The position numbers and the translations under genes are program-made. The notes below the pieces were generated by a model. That model saw nothing but the letters and a program-made list of their open reading frames with translations, had not been told where the DNA came from and ran no database searches. From Dimorphilus gyrociliatus (taxonomy: Eukaryota > Animalia > Annelida): DNA of 64,000 nucleotides. Position 1 is the stretch's first letter. Every line of letters starts with the position of its first letter. Positions 1-13,699 of the stretch are shown one piece after another. The stretch spans positions 536,964 through 600,963 of the forward strand of contig CAJFCJ010000026.1 in NCBI GenBank assembly GCA_904063045.1. Reading direction: 5' to 3'.

Positions 1-29
1 AGAATACTGCAATACATTGCTTTGTTAGG

Positions 30-1362
30 AAAGGGAACCACACTATGTTATATATCATTCTGTTTAAACTATAGTGTATTCCACTAATAGTACTGTTTTC
101 TTTCATAGCCTTGTCATAAATTGACAAGCTATATATGGTGGTGTACTGCTAGGGGGACCATACTAAAGTATATTCAAAATACCCTTTTGTCTTCAAAGGA
201 GAGTTATATTAAAACACATTATTTTCTTAGGCTGAGGGTTTGCAAAAAGAGATAACTAAATTTCAAGGAATTTTAAAATAAATTTGAGAGTGGAACAGGA
301 ACCATATTAAAAAGGCTTGGGTATGGGAGAACATTTTGGACTGAAAAATATAAAAAACATGAAGGATTTATTCTTATGAGAGCGACCATACTTGAAGACA
401 ATTAAAATCTATTGTTTAGTTTTTAAAGGAAACCATACTATTATACCATTAAGGATGAACCACTCTAAAAATACAATTGTAAAAATTTTTATTTTAATAG
501 AAACAAAAACATACAAGAACATTTTTGAAAATGTACTTTTGATTTTCAAGGAAACCATACTAAACCTTTTAAGAACATATTCAATGGATTTGAAATGTGT
601 ATTTGGGGGAACGGAAACCACGCTAAAACAAATAAGGATGTTTTTTTAAAAGAAACTTTACTAATGAATGTTTTGTCTTGATAAAAAAAGTATAGCAATA
701 GATACTTTTAAAATGTGTTTTGTATTTGAAGGGAACCACACTAAACTTTATTTGGCAGAGGAACAACAATAGAATACATTTAATTTATTACTTTTAAGGA
801 AACCATACTAGAATATAAAAAAAATTCTTTTGGAGAACCACACTAGAGCAAATTGTTATAATAGGCTGCTTTGAAAAGAGTGTTTTTAAGAAAAAAGGAA
901 ACCACTCTAAAGTACATTTTTAAATGTGTTCTTTTTCCGGTGTTAATGACGGATTAGGTAGTGAATCAGCAATGGAAGCGGGGTCACTTTCTCTGCAAAA
1001 TTATCACATTATTATCATTTCCTACAACAGATTTTCTAGTATGGTTCCTGTCATAATAAAAACACATTGTACATGCATTTTAGTATGATTTCTTTAAGAT
1101 AAAAAGAAGAATTCTCAAAATGATTTAATTTATGATAGATATGTATTTTTTCGTGGGAAGGGAACCTTACTAGAATACAATTTAAATGTATTTTTTTGTG
1201 CGGAAAGGAAACCATACTAGACAGACACTTTCAATGTTTGTTTTTTTTTGTTTTTTCGGAACCACACTAAAACAGTTTTTGAATCTATTTTTTGCGCGGA
1301 ACGGAAACCATATTAGAAAATAGTTAAAGTCTACTTTTTAATGGATAGGGAACCATACTAGA
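30..1362 (+). repeat. Degenerate tandem array (~20 copies) with a conserved GG(A/G)AACCAYACTA core and variable 35-140 bp spacing
   Basis: Core seen at ~33, 154, 298, 428, 456, 550, 613, 731, 798, 834, 897, 1160, 1207, 1258, 1303, 1348; two inverted copies at ~1036 and ~1081. The core is usually preceded by a T-tract and GGAA. Confidence 0.85.
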
Positions 1363-1845
1363 ACTAAGCTGAAGATGAATCAAAATGGCGCTTATAGAGC
1401 GCTGTTGATGAAGATTTTTGCGGTTGTTTTCTAAAGAAAAGAGAAGAACAAGGATAAAGCGTTTGAACGTGAGGAAGAAGATAAAAGAAACAGAAGAGAG
1501 ATTCAAGTGCATCTAGGAGATATTGTTTATAGATATTTCATCTTAATTTTACAATTGATTGAATAGTGAATGAATGAACGAATAAAAGAATGGAAAAGAT
1601 TCTATTTTGTGATTGGAGGTTGATAATGAATATTCAAATATAATTTGTCAAATTAGAGCAATGTTCTCCATCTTCCGGATAAATATTCACTGTTGCCATG
1701 GTAAAAGAAAAAAATGGAGATTATTACTCGACAGTTGCTGTGACCTTTTAAATGCTCATTTGAACGTTGTGAGTTGTTTACTGGTGTCACTGTTGATTCA
1801 TTTTGTACGTTGGAAGCGTTTTGTTAAAGGAGAAACGATAGAAAA

Positions 1846-2471
1846 ATGTCGGATAGCGATATATCGCTCAGCGATTTGTTTGAAACAAGAATTGAAGCCG
1901 ATGAATTAAATGTCGGAAATGCGGTGGACGACGACGAAATGTCGAAATGTCAGCTAAAACTTGAAGAATTACTTGCTCAGGAACAACGAGATATGGAAAC
2001 GCTTGAAAGTCGGGTATCCGCTCTGCATAATGATGATTCGTCATCACCGCCGCAAGGACCAACCGCTGCAGAGATTCAAGCCGAATTGGACGAATTAAAA
2101 GCACTGTTGGAAGCTAATACAACTGCCGCCGAAAAATTAGATAACGATTACGATACGGTTATTAATAATTTAATAACAGAAAATCCAGAACTTAAAGATT
2201 CTTTACATCTGGATACGCCTTCTGCTGTTCTGGCAAAAAAGGCTGGTTACATAGCTTCCGATTCTGAGGATGAAAAGGAAAAGAGGAAAACCGTATTTAA
2301 GCCAAGAGTAACTAAAAAGAAGAGACGCCAACCAACTATTATGCCAATATCTGGTTAGTTTCCTTTTATAATTCAATAATTTATTCACTTTTTTTTACCT
2401 TTTCAGTGACCAATCAAGAAGCTCTGTCATTAATGGAAGAAAACGAATCACCTCTATTTCGCAATTTCTAA
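1846..2471 (+). CDS. Hypothetical acidic coiled-coil protein with basic (NLS-like) C-terminal patch, 2 exons (1846-2353, 2407-2471), ~190 aa
   Basis: 170-codon ORF with coding-like composition. GTTAGT donor at 2354 and TTTCAG acceptor ending 2406 (53 bp intron) keep the frame into ...SVTNQEALSLMEENESPLFRNF-TAA. No family recognised. Confidence 0.7.
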
Positions 2472-2604
2472 ATTTAATTCAATTTTTAACGGTTTCATAT
2501 AATAAATTCATTAAACAAAATCTCAAATTGTTATGTATTTTGAATAGTTATTTTCGTTCTGTTTTCATTTCGATTCAGAGGTAGACGTACCAGTTTTCTT
2601 TGGA

Positions 2605-2870
2605 ATTGTGGTTGAGTGGATACCTGTTTCCTGGTTATATGGTTGATTGGGTTGCCTATATTCACTGGTTATATGGTTGACGGGGTATCTATTTCCTGGT
2701 TATGTGGTTGATGGGGTGTTATTATTCTGGTTATATGGTTGATGGGATATCTTTATCCTGGTTATATGGTTGGTTGGGTACCTATTTTCCCTGGTTATGT
2801 GGTTGACAGGGTATGTTTATCCTGGTTATATGGTTGGTTGGGTACCTGTTTTTGGTCCCGCGGTTGACTG
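2605..2870. repeat. Minisatellite, ~8 units of 31-34 bp with core CTGGTTAT(A/G)TGGTTG
   Basis: Core starts at 2631, 2665, 2696, 2727, 2758, 2791, 2822, with degenerate units at both ends. Most unit lengths are not multiples of 3, so it is not a coding repeat. Confidence 0.9.
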
Positions 2871-4934
2871 GTTCCCATGACATCCTGTTTGCGTAACCAA
2901 ACATTTCACATGTAAATTCATTATTTGTAGTCTTCGCTTTCAAAAGGCATTACTCTCAAATTTTTCGCACAACAGTCAAAGAACATAGGAAGGATAACGA
3001 TAACGATAACGATGATCTAAATGATTGAAATATTTAAAAAACGTATTAAAAATTTCGATAACCTTGACCTTTCTTATCTCACCAAGATCAATGACGTCAT
3101 TCCGGTTCATACAAATTTTGAATTAACGGTTGTAACGATGTTTTTGGACTGTTGTATTTACGGCGGAAAAGTCGACAATTTCCGAGTGAATTTCATCATC
3201 TTTTTTTGTTTATTTGCTAGATGAAATGTTTACAAAGCGTTTCAGTAAGTTTTTAATAATTTTTATTAGAAAAAAACAATTTTATTCGCTTTCAATCGTA
3301 AATATTAGTTAAAATTTAATGGTTTCTTTATTTTCGCGTATTAAAGTTCAATCACCAACAACGCAGTTGTTTGTTTGTTTCTGAAGAAGAAAACAAGTTT
3401 GTCACTTCAATCAAAGGAGGAAAGACGAAATAGATATCATTCTCTTATCTGTTCACCAAGCAAACAAGTTCACTTTTCTTCCTCTTCAAATCAACCATAG
3501 GAACAATGAAAGAGTTGAAGATACGCTACGAAAAGTGAAGAAAATGGAGAGATGGAAAAAAACAATCTTTGACCAACTTTTAAGGTAATCGTAAGAATAG
3601 AAATAGGATAATCTAACGTATTTTCTTATGCATGATTACTTGGTGGAATCTAAGTACCTAAACTTCTGTTTAGAATGACCTACAAATTATTTTTTATGAT
3701 TGTTTAATTATAATTATTAATGGAGGAAAATCTGTAAAACAAGAGAAATAAAATAATTTTCTTGATTACTTTTAGGGAATAATCGAAAAGAGGAAAGTTC
3801 TATAAGGAATAGAGCCATGTTTCGTTCGGAATTTTCTTTTCGAACAACGTTCTTTGTCTATTTTCAATTGAAAGAAAAGATAAGATAAAGATTAAAAGGG
3901 TAGCTATTATTTAACTTTTAATTACATTTTTATTATTATTATTGTTATTATTCATTAAAAAATTATAGATAATATTCTTTTATATTGATTATTAAACGTA
4001 CGCTTATTTTCCAATATGGCGGAATGTTCTATTAATGGAATATAGTAAACGTTAATGTTCTTTTTCGGCTTTTATCAACCATTTCAAGATTTCGCTAAAG
4101 ATTTTAGAATAATTGGAAGTGTGACGTTTGAAAAGGTTAGATAACCATTAAAGTTTTGATATTAGTCAGTTATCTCTTCCTTCAAGATATCATCCTAAAG
4201 GAAAATGTTACCTAACAAGATGTAAGAGATGATGAGATAAAGTTTTCAACTTTGATGAATAAATTATTATCATGTACGTGTTAATGGTGACGAATCAACG
4301 ACAAAGAGAGCCATGAACGAATTATCTAAGAAGAGGCTATCATCCCTTATCATAAAACATTCTCAAGTCAAGTTAGAAATCTTTAATCAAGCTCAAAAGA
4401 ATTTTCAACGCCTTTATAAGTCTCTAGAGGCAAGTATGCTAAAGGCGGATTAGAGGTTCTAAAGCTACATCTCTATATACATTATGATGGGATAATTGCG
4501 TTTTTTAATCTGAAATTAACTCTTTTGATTATTGTTAACTACTGAATATTTATAGACTTTTATTTAAAAGTCACACAGTAGAGTTTAATGTTCATCGAGT
4601 TGACATCATTTTTTCTATTCTACAGCAAAACGAAACAAGCAAAAACTGGAATATTAATAAGTATATACCAAAAAAATCTTTGCCTACTCTATTTTGTCTG
4701 ACGTTTAAACGGACCGGATGTTCCTTTTTTTGTTTTTTAATATAACGCCGACGTCAAATTAAAACAAATCTTCTAAATAATACAAGAAATAAGGTACGAA
4801 ATTCTATTTTTCTAAACAGAAATTCATTATTTTTAAACAGAAATTATTTTCATACAGATAAAATAAACACCACAAGCACCGTTAATTTATTCTTTTAATT
4901 GTTTGTCTTTTTCTATCGAATGAATGAATGAATG

Positions 4935-7600
4935 AAATAAACAAAATTACACAAATGGCCTAATTAACTAATGATCTAAAATTCAAACTACGGTAATGGT
5001 ACTCTGATTGAGTGTTAAGTTGTTGAAAAACGTAAAAATTCGAAACCGAAAAAAATGAATTACACGAAAACCGGATATAGTAAATAGCATTTTATTAAAT
5101 GACCACATCGAAAATTGGAATACTCTATTAATTTTAATTGTAATTAAATCATTAAAACTTTTGAAAAAGATCGCAAAAAAAGTAGATATAAAATATATGG
5201 CATATAACAGAAACTTGAAATCGTTTCGTTTTTTGCTTAAATAAATAATTTTCGAATTTTGGCCTTGTCTATTAGATACTATAGATGGCACTGCAATTTC
5301 AAATTGTTCGATTTTTAGAGAATTTTATTCGAATCGTTTATTAACAACACTAATGAACATTAAAGAATGAGAAGGATATGATAGATAAAACATGGCTACT
5401 GAAAATCTATCGATCCCAAAAACATTTATATATATATTTCGTATTGCGACATTTTAGGGTTATTCGTTAAAAAGCCCAATTGTTAACTATTAAAGTTAAA
5501 GGTTATACATGAGATTCAATGCTTCCCTTTTCCTTTTTTCTTCTTATCCTTCCTTCTTTAAAATGGACGAGAAGATAATTGAAAAAACTTATTTTCAATG
5601 TCTGCAAGCTTTGCTCATTTGACCAATATTTCATAATTTTACAAAGTTTCCTTTTTCCGCTATTAAAAGCGTTTCTTTCCTTCTCCTTTTCTCCTCTTTC
5701 AATATCACGATCTTTGAGAAAATTCGGAAAATCAATAAGAAAAACGATTAATTGATTGATTGATTAATAAACTATTCAGTTTTTTCTTCTTCATTCTTTA
5801 GAATGATGACACAATTATCTGAAAAAATTACCAACAAATTATAAACTTTGCGCTAGAAATAAACAGCATGACTAAACAAACCTATTATCGTTCATCGGTT
5901 GTCATAGTTCGCATCGAAACGTTTCTTTTGTGCAAGTCTTTCGTAGACAATTCTTTCCATACTGTAGTTACAAACTGTTGTATGTTAAAAAGGACTTGAA
6001 AATATCAACGTTTATCGCCAAAAAAAAAGTCATTTTCTTTAACGGCAAGGTTTCTTAATGTCGGCGGTCAAAGAGGCGGATGTACGTCATAATCACGCGC
6101 AGACATCCATATGTCAAGGTCATTCCGTCTAAAATTCGAATATTAAAAACTTATTAAACTGGCCAATAAACAGCAAATTTCCCATCTTTTGCATGTATTG
6201 CGTTCAAAGATATATTATCCTTCTTTAAATAGAAAAACAATGCAAAAAGGTTTATTTTTTCAAGAGATTATTTTTGTGGTTGAAAATAATTGATATTTCT
6301 CATTTAAATGTATAAACGTTATTTCAATTCTATCGATCTTTTCACTAATAAATCTTTGTCTAAAAATATTTTCTTAATAACTAAACAATTAATGTTTTTC
6401 TTTCGTTTTTCATATTAAAAAAAGGGGTTTGAAAATTGGAGTCGAAAAAAATAATTTCGTTGAAAATGCGTCGAGTTATTTACCGGTGAAAATTTTCATT
6501 ACTTATATTCTCAATCAATCAGTCTATGATTTTCTTTGAACATATCAAATGAGAAGAATCAATGTTATCGTCAACGTATCTATCTTTTCACTTATGAAAG
6601 AATAAAGAGTTTTAAAAAGAAAGAAGCATATTCCACCTCAAGATTTCAATATTGTTTAATGAATTTCCTCGATCTCCTTAGGAGTGATGTTTATCTATGA
6701 TTCCTTTTTTCTCACGTATTGAAGAGTGTTGTTTATAACGTATTTCTTATGGAAAAATGCGAATGTAGAAAAAAATAAACTCGAATAAAATGATTGCGTT
6801 GAAAAAAATAAAACACAATATTTAGCGCCATCTGGAAGATAAAAACTTTTTGATCGTGTACTTAGTGGATTGACTATTAATTTTTACTTTTTTTCAACAA
6901 AATAAATTTTCGTCTCGAGTAAATAAAATATAGAGATAAAAAAAGAAAAACTTGAAATTTTGTGGATGAATGACAACGACATCTGCAGTAGTATTTTTCG
7001 CGGTCATTTTCAAATAGCAGAAAAAGCATAAACAATAGTTTACAGCGTCTCATTTCCTTGTGGATTTTAGTATTAATTTAGTAAAAATTAGAAAATTCAG
7101 TCTATCGATTTCGACTGTCATTGAAAACAATTAATACAACTTTCCTTTGCTGTTGTCTTCGTTCAAATAAATGATTTTTTCATCAAATTACTACTTTTTC
7201 CTGCCTCAGTCCACTAATCTGTAATAAATTTCCTCCATCTTTTTAGAAGTGATACTTATCTACGAGTTCTTTTTTATTACATATTGAAGAGTGTTGTTTA
7301 TAACGTATTTCGCATAGAAAATGAGGAATTTGTTGAAAAATGGACTCGAATAAAATGATTGCGTTGAAAAACATAGTAGACAATATTTAGCGCCATCTGC
7401 AGAGTGAAAATATTTTTGATTAATTTCTCAATCGATTTATCGATAAATTACTGATAATTTTTGCTTAATATCAATATAATAGATTTTCTTGCGTAGGCAA
7501 ATTTACTATTGAGGTGAAAAACGAAGAGATTGAAATTCCGTATGAATGACGACGACGACATCTGCAGTTGTTTTTTTCGCGGTCGTTTTTAAATACTGGA
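4935..7600 (+). repeat. Direct segmental duplication, copy A
   Basis: 5295-7597 matches 19742-22045 almost base for base (offset ~14447). 4935-5110 matches 19600-19730 with an indel. Confidence 0.95.
6680..7600 (+). repeat. Two tandem copies of a ~550 bp dispersed unit with GCGCCATCTG and GACATCTGCAG motifs (other copies at 21130-22045, 27100-27475, 37260-37620; fragments at ~29570-29650 and ~36230-36310)
   Basis: Shared blocks TTGAAGAGTGTTGTTTATAACGTATTTC, CTCGAATAAAATGATTGCGTTGAAAA, TTTAGCGCCATCTG and GACATCTG(C/G)AG..GTA/TTTTT..GCGGTC occur in all full copies. Confidence 0.85.
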
Positions 7601-7619
7601 TAGTATCGTAGAAAGAGAG

Positions 7620-9650
7620 AAGATTGTTTCCGTACAACTCTAGTTTCAAAGAATAAAACATGCTGATGATAAAGGTAAAGTTTTACTTCTGACTATCCAG
7701 TAAAAGGCCACGAACAGCATCTGAGAGTATATATACGTGTATATAAGGCAGACGTTGTCGAACAGGGTGTGTATTCCCTTGACAAAATTATATATATTTA
7801 AGTTAAGATTATTCTGATAAAGTACCTAAGAGTTATCCATCCTCAGAAAGATAAAGATAGAGCTATTAAAGAGAATCAAGTTGGGAGCAAAATGGCTATT
7901 GCAATTCGAATATCTTTACCAGAACGGTAAGTAATAGTGACATCAGCACCCGCATAATCTCCATCATCACCTGTTTGCAGACATATCGGTAAAGGATGCC
8001 AACCAACGTTTTATATTGTTTACATAGGCAACAAAAATATTTTGGGACCGTTTTATGTTCTTGTACTATGTGTCTAATTAGGGCGCATTTTATGGGAGAA
8101 TTTCAGATTGCCCTTTCAGCAAACATTCATCAAAGTTTTGGAGGTGAGGATCGTAGTTGGTAAGGTTAGGCTTATGATGTTGTTGCTGTTGATGTTATCC
8201 TCCTCTCACTCGCTATTGCTCCTTTTTCGATAGCAGGGATGAATTAGGATTTGGTTTGAGTACCTAGGTAGTTTATCCTGTTCACTGCTGCGTGGTTCCC
8301 AAGTGTGCCAAGATAAGAATACATAGCGATGATTACAATTTTTTGAGGAGAAAAGAAAAGAGAGAAATAGAGGAATATTCCTTTTTCTCATTAATTAGTC
8401 TGCAAGACTGCAAGATGGTCTTAAATCTTGATGGATGCTTAAATGTACTGCCTGGTCTAATTATGTCCTTTTCTTGATCATTAGGTCTATGATGTAACAT
8501 TTTAACCGTATGAGATAAGAACATAAAATACAATACTACGAAGGATTTCCAATGTCTCGCGGGTCATGAGTTTTCCTTCTTCTTCTTCTTCTTCCTCAAT
8601 GCATCTATGAATCATTTAAGCAGAATATTATCTTGCCCTGGCAAATGTAATTGTTTTAACGTTCGTTCACCTTTCTTTTCCCTTCTACTGCCAAGCGGCC
8701 AAACAGATATTGCCTAACGTGATCATTCTCTCCACTCCAGTAGCAATGGACGATAGTCTTCTCTTCATTTCTGGAGGATATAGTCATGGAAAGTTAACAT
8801 TGAAGATTAGGGAAGAACACGTAGGAGAACCTAACTCTGACAGAACTGCGTATGGTGTAGAGGGGGAATCGAAAAATGAATTCAGGGTCGCGCAATTATC
8901 GTAAGTTAGAAGGACGTGCTATTTTCGCACAGAGAGACGTTTCCTTCTTCTACAATAATTATGTTGGCATTAGCTCATTCATTTTAAGTCATTCTAGCAC
9001 GACTTTCCGAAGAGTCTATTCTCTTCTTTCGTCTCTATTGTTTCGAATGGTTCTACTGATAAATTGGATGGAGAGTATGATGGTATCAGAGGGATGTCAG
9101 CATTAAAGTTTTCCTTTTGCCAAAATTTCTTTCTCATTATATCAATTGGAATGGTATCATCTTCATCCTTATTATCGAGCTAATAAATGCTAAATTCATC
9201 TTTCCATATATCAGCTTTTATGACCAAATAATATTAATATCTGGGTTATTTTGTAGGCCAGTTTTCCAATAATTTCATATCTTTCTTCAGCTAGTTTTTT
9301 AATGACAGCTTGTTGCATCTTGTTGAAAGATTTCAATGTATTTTTTGGTCGGGGAAAAGGTTTTATACAATTTTTTTCATGTATTCATCACACTTTGCAG
9401 AGTCCTCTATTTCTATTGTATTTCACATACCAAAAAGCCTTGATGCTTAACCGTTTTGGTGATGTAATTAGGATCATTCATTTGCATATTCCCATCGACG
9501 ACGACAAATTATCGATCATGTAGATAGTATTTTCTCTTTTGCATTCTTCATTTCCAAAACTCCATAGTGAAAATTTGGTTTACCCAATCTTCTTCACAAA
9601 AAAAACTGGAAAAATACTAAAACATCTCTTCTCTTCTCTTCTCAGCTGTC
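7620..9650 (-). mobile_element. Heavily eroded BEL/Pao LTR retrotransposon relic (gag-like to pol)
   Basis: Broken reading frames give integrase-like VKGIHTLFDNV...QMLFVAFYW (~7690-7790, DNA similar to 22310-22350), RNase H-like DYAGADVTITYRSGKDIRIAIA (~7890-7970) and gag-like KKLAEERYEIIGKL (~9270-9310). Many stops and frameshifts. Confidence 0.5.
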
Positions 9651-10539
9651 TATTCTTTCCAAACAGTTTCCTTCATAAATTTCGATAAAAAGCAAAATAT
9701 TATAAAAACATAAAAATTGTCTGCCAGTCATTCCTCATTCCATTCTATTCGGCTTACTTTAAGAAAAGCGTAACAATAGATCAATGATCAATATGAAGGA
9801 AAACAGTCTGAAACGAAAAAACGGATTAAAACAAGCCAAGATCTTCTTCATATTATGTATGATGCGGTTAATTGAACAAGTGTAGCATCCGATGGCTCTT
9901 TTCATAATTTTTGGTTTAAAACCAAATCTCTTCATTGTCGTCGATTAGGTTTCGTTCAATAAATTTTGGTTTAAACAATATCTTCTTCATGGTCGTCTTT
10001 TCATGAAAATGTCCCTCCAAAATTTACGACTTTCCCATCAGTCTGTTCGTTTTGATAACGAATCTTTCATCTCACATTTTTAGCATCAAGCTGAGTACAA
10101 CTTTGGAACAAAAAAAATCATTTTGCAGAACGAAATCTCCATCTAATTTTAAAATATTTCCACTATTTGATTTGTTTGAAAGGATATAGAAAAGCAGTAA
10201 TTTTGACTAGTTTTATAGTTTCCAATTTATTCCCCATCTACAATTTCAACGATCAGTTCGTCCTCAAAAGTTCTCTTCCATCTTATTTCGTGTTTACCAT
10301 ACTTTTTAATGAACCTTTCATCGATCTACCAATTAGAAGATTCGCTAATGATTACCTCTTTGGATTCATCAAATAGTAGTAACTTTTGTATTTAACAATT
10401 TTATAGCGTCCTTTTTTCTTATCAAGTTTTTCCACTTCTTCATTCCTTTCAGCAGTTCTTCACTTTCGAATGTTCTATTCTACGGTAGTTTCAGTGACGT
10501 CATTTCCGGCTTTTCCCAAATTTTTACTCTAAAAGATGT

Positions 10540-11451
10540 AACATATACTGTATGTGTTGTCGTCGGTATGTAGGTACTAAGTTGGAATAATCTTATATTC
10601 GACAATAATCGCTAATAATTTGAAGGAAATTTGCTGAATAATGAACAATGCAATAGAGAATGAAGTTATGATACAGTCTTTAAGTTTGAATGATACAACG
10701 CCATATCATCACGTGAGTTTGGCATCATGCATTATGACCATCGACTGCACTGGCGAAGGCAATGTAAATAGAGTGGCTTGAGAGGTGGGGGATTGAATTC
10801 CTAATGTCTCTTTCCACCTTATTATGACCTGAATAAATCTGGCATGCCCGTTCCAAAAATTCTTTCGAGATCTATCCTAGTTTCAATTTGTCTCTTACTT
10901 TGTTAAACAGTTTCGTATTCAGCATATTTCGTTCAATCGATTACGTTCATCAGATATTACAAGCTTTTCTTGGGTTGATAGCGAAGTAGTTGTGTTGTAG
11001 CAGAGTTTAGGGCAGTACAGGCTATAAAGGGTGAACTAGTAGCTCCCAATATCCGAATATATCAAGGGTCATGACAGAAGAGAGAAGATGACCTTTCCCA
11101 GTAGGATCTTCGTAGAGGAAACCGAAGTAGAGGAATGTGTACTCTGACGTTCACAAACATTGATTTCATGTGAGTAGTGATGGGCCTGGCAGTAAGACAT
11201 TTAAAGACTGGCTGTGGTACTTGGCATTACGATTCGAACGGTTTCTTTCTTGAGATTCTTAGCGCCGTGATGTGGAAGATAAAATTCAACTTCATCGTCA
11301 GGTACAGGACAAGTGTAATCCTTGTCGAGCAGGGTCTGTATTCCTTTGAACTATTCGGTGTTAAATGTTAGCTTGTCGTCGAATAGATTGAAATCCGCCT
11401 TTAGCCATAGATTTATTATTATGAAGGATGGTTAATAGCACGAATGTCATT

Positions 11452-11482
<31 letters not shown>

Positions 11483-12150
11483 GTTGAACGAAAGTGATGA
11501 ACACTACTGCTCGTTTCTGTGTATGAGATGCAATTTATCATATAGGGTTCTTCGGCGGTTGGAGAGAGAGAGAGGTTCGGTACCAACCGAGTGGGTACTT
11601 GATATACGTGAAACTATTGCGTCGAAACATTTGTAGAGGACCATGATGAGGAGTACAACTGTATACAGCTGGTTGTTTCTTAGTAGGCAATCGACAACGT
11701 AAGCAATATATGTCGTACAATGGATCTAAGTGAGGCAACATTATTTTACTTGTTCTAAGACAACTGGCTGAAACGAGTTGTTCGTATACGATTTGTCAAT
11801 ACAGCATTATTCATCTGGCTTTGGTTTATATGACGTTCGTAGGAGAAATTTACGGCTTATCAAAGACATTGAGGCTCCAGTATCTATTAAGGCAATCATC
11901 TTGCGAATGGTAGATACCTGTTGATGGCACTTGTGCTTCTGTCTCGTAGATAAGCATTCTATCATTGTTGATGTCTGATTGATTGATGCTAACAGGAAGG
12001 GCTGGGCTGGCTGTTGTTGAATCTTTGTGATGGACGGATGTATCGCGTGGTTTGCTTACATTTATCCCAATCAAATTTAGATGAACAATTTACGTTTGTA
12101 TGATCGCTTCGTAGGCAGTTAGATCAACGCTCCAACAATTCAATTAGTCT
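10540..12150 (-). mobile_element. BEL/Pao pol relic inside the left arm (protease and RT fragments)
   Basis: Mirror of 62007-63617, which encodes MIALIDTGASMSLISRKF (aspartyl protease), DEVEFYLPHHGAKNLKKETVRIV and GATSSPFIACTALN (BEL/Pao RT motifs) in broken frames. Confidence 0.85.
11453..11480. repeat. (AG)14 microsatellite (mirror at 62677-62704)
   Basis: Direct reading; same length in both arms. Confidence 0.95.
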
Positions 12151-12499
12151 TTTTTACTCTCTAGGTTCGTTTTTATATACATTTTAACGGCTTTTCTCTC
12201 CAATTTTTCTATTTATTCATTCGTTTCAACAGCTCTCTATTTTCAAAACTCACGTTCTATGGTTATTTCCCCATATTCAGTCATGTCCTTTCCAGCTTTT
12301 TCCAAATGTGATCTAAAATATATTACAAATGCATGTACTGTATATAACGATACTAAAATCATATACATTTTCACTAAATATTTACCCTACGATTTATACT
12401 GCAAATTTCACTTTTGTTGAACAAAAAGATACTTTCCCACTTGCCAGAAAAAAAGGAGAAAGTTTTCAACTTGTTAATTCGACGAATTACATGGAAATC

Positions 12500-12670
12500 A
12501 ATAACGTCACTTCCGGTGAAAGAGCACGAAACAAAGTTCCATCGTAAAAAACATGACCAACTGTAAGCGAGTCATGTTTTTTTTTGCCGAATTATTTATC
12601 GGCTTTTATTTTCAGTTAAAAAAAGGTGCAACATGCAATTTTAGGCCATGTTGCATTTCCTAAGTTACCA
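12500..12670 (+). other. Triple-hairpin element preceded by ACGTCACTTCCGG (ETS-CRE-like motif), copy 1 of 6
   Basis: Stems AAAAAACATGAC/GTCATGTTTTTT (12546-12582), GCCGA/TCGGC (12586-12603), TGCAACATG/CATGTTGCA (12627-12655). Other copies: 17027-17193 (+), 48295-48485 (-), 54255-54435 (-), 56830-56997 (-), 61487-61657 (-). Confidence 0.8.
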
Positions 12671-13699
12671 AAATGAGTGTCAAGTGGGATTGGTGAAGTG
12701 TTTGGAGTGAAGAGAATCATGTTAATCATTTCAAATGAAATGAAAATTGAAATTTTCCGTCTTTTGATTTTTGCGAGATCCTTGAAAAAACTTATTGAAA
12801 AACGTATAAAATCAGAGAAAAATCATCGACAAAATAGAAAACAATCATTGTTTAATTGGACAATGTGATTGTCGAAAGTATTGCGTCTCTTCTGAAAACA
12901 ATCATTGTTTTCTATTGTCGAAAATCTGACAGAGAAAACGACGGGGTCTTCTCAATTTGGTAACTGACAGTCCACCGTCAATTTTTCTCCTATATTTATA
13001 CAAAATAGTCACGTGATAGCCACGTTGCGAGTTGTTGTTGTTGTTGTTTTAATTATAGGCTGAGTTTTGGAACTAATTAATTGGACAATGTGATTGTCGA
13101 AAGTACTGCATCTCTTGTGAAAACATATTGGAAAATGATTATCTAAGATTATTCTGATCTTTTCAATCTTGTACAGTATGATATTGAATTGTTGCTTTGT
13201 GTAAACAGCAAATGACGAAAGAAACTGTTTTTATAGATTTGTGTTCAACTAATAACCGTAGACGACGACGATCACCTCTAACGTTGAACTAAGAGAAAAA
13301 GGGGCAACGGTGAGATAGGGAAAGGACAAATACACTTACCACTCTTACACCTAGTCACACAAATTACAAACAACATTGACATCGCAACGAAAAGGAACAA
13401 ATGCTGGTTTAATCACTGCAAGAACAATGTCGATCAGCAGTGTTGTAAATAGTATAAGAGGAAAGCATCACTATCAAAAAATACCCTCACCTGTACCTCA
13501 TTCCGATAAGCTCCACACATTTGACAAAGAATTGCAGTAGAATACGAATATAGAACATTTTCCTAAGGTTAAAAATCAAGTGTTCCTGTTAATTAAATAA
13601 TAATTACATTGTGTAATAAATTACAAAGGAATGGCTTTTTTCCGTTATTTGTCGGAAAAGCTAGAATTTGTTTGGGATAACTGTCATCGGTTCGCTCAG

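Noticed and set aside
392-649. Overlapping ORFs 392-649 and 409-621
   Set aside because: They lie within the AT-rich repeat array, lack proper starts and have no recognisable motifs.
30-2870. The motif array or the minisatellite as a CRISPR array
   Set aside because: Cores are only 13-15 bp and degenerate, the spacers resemble each other, no cas genes are present, and the context is eukaryotic.
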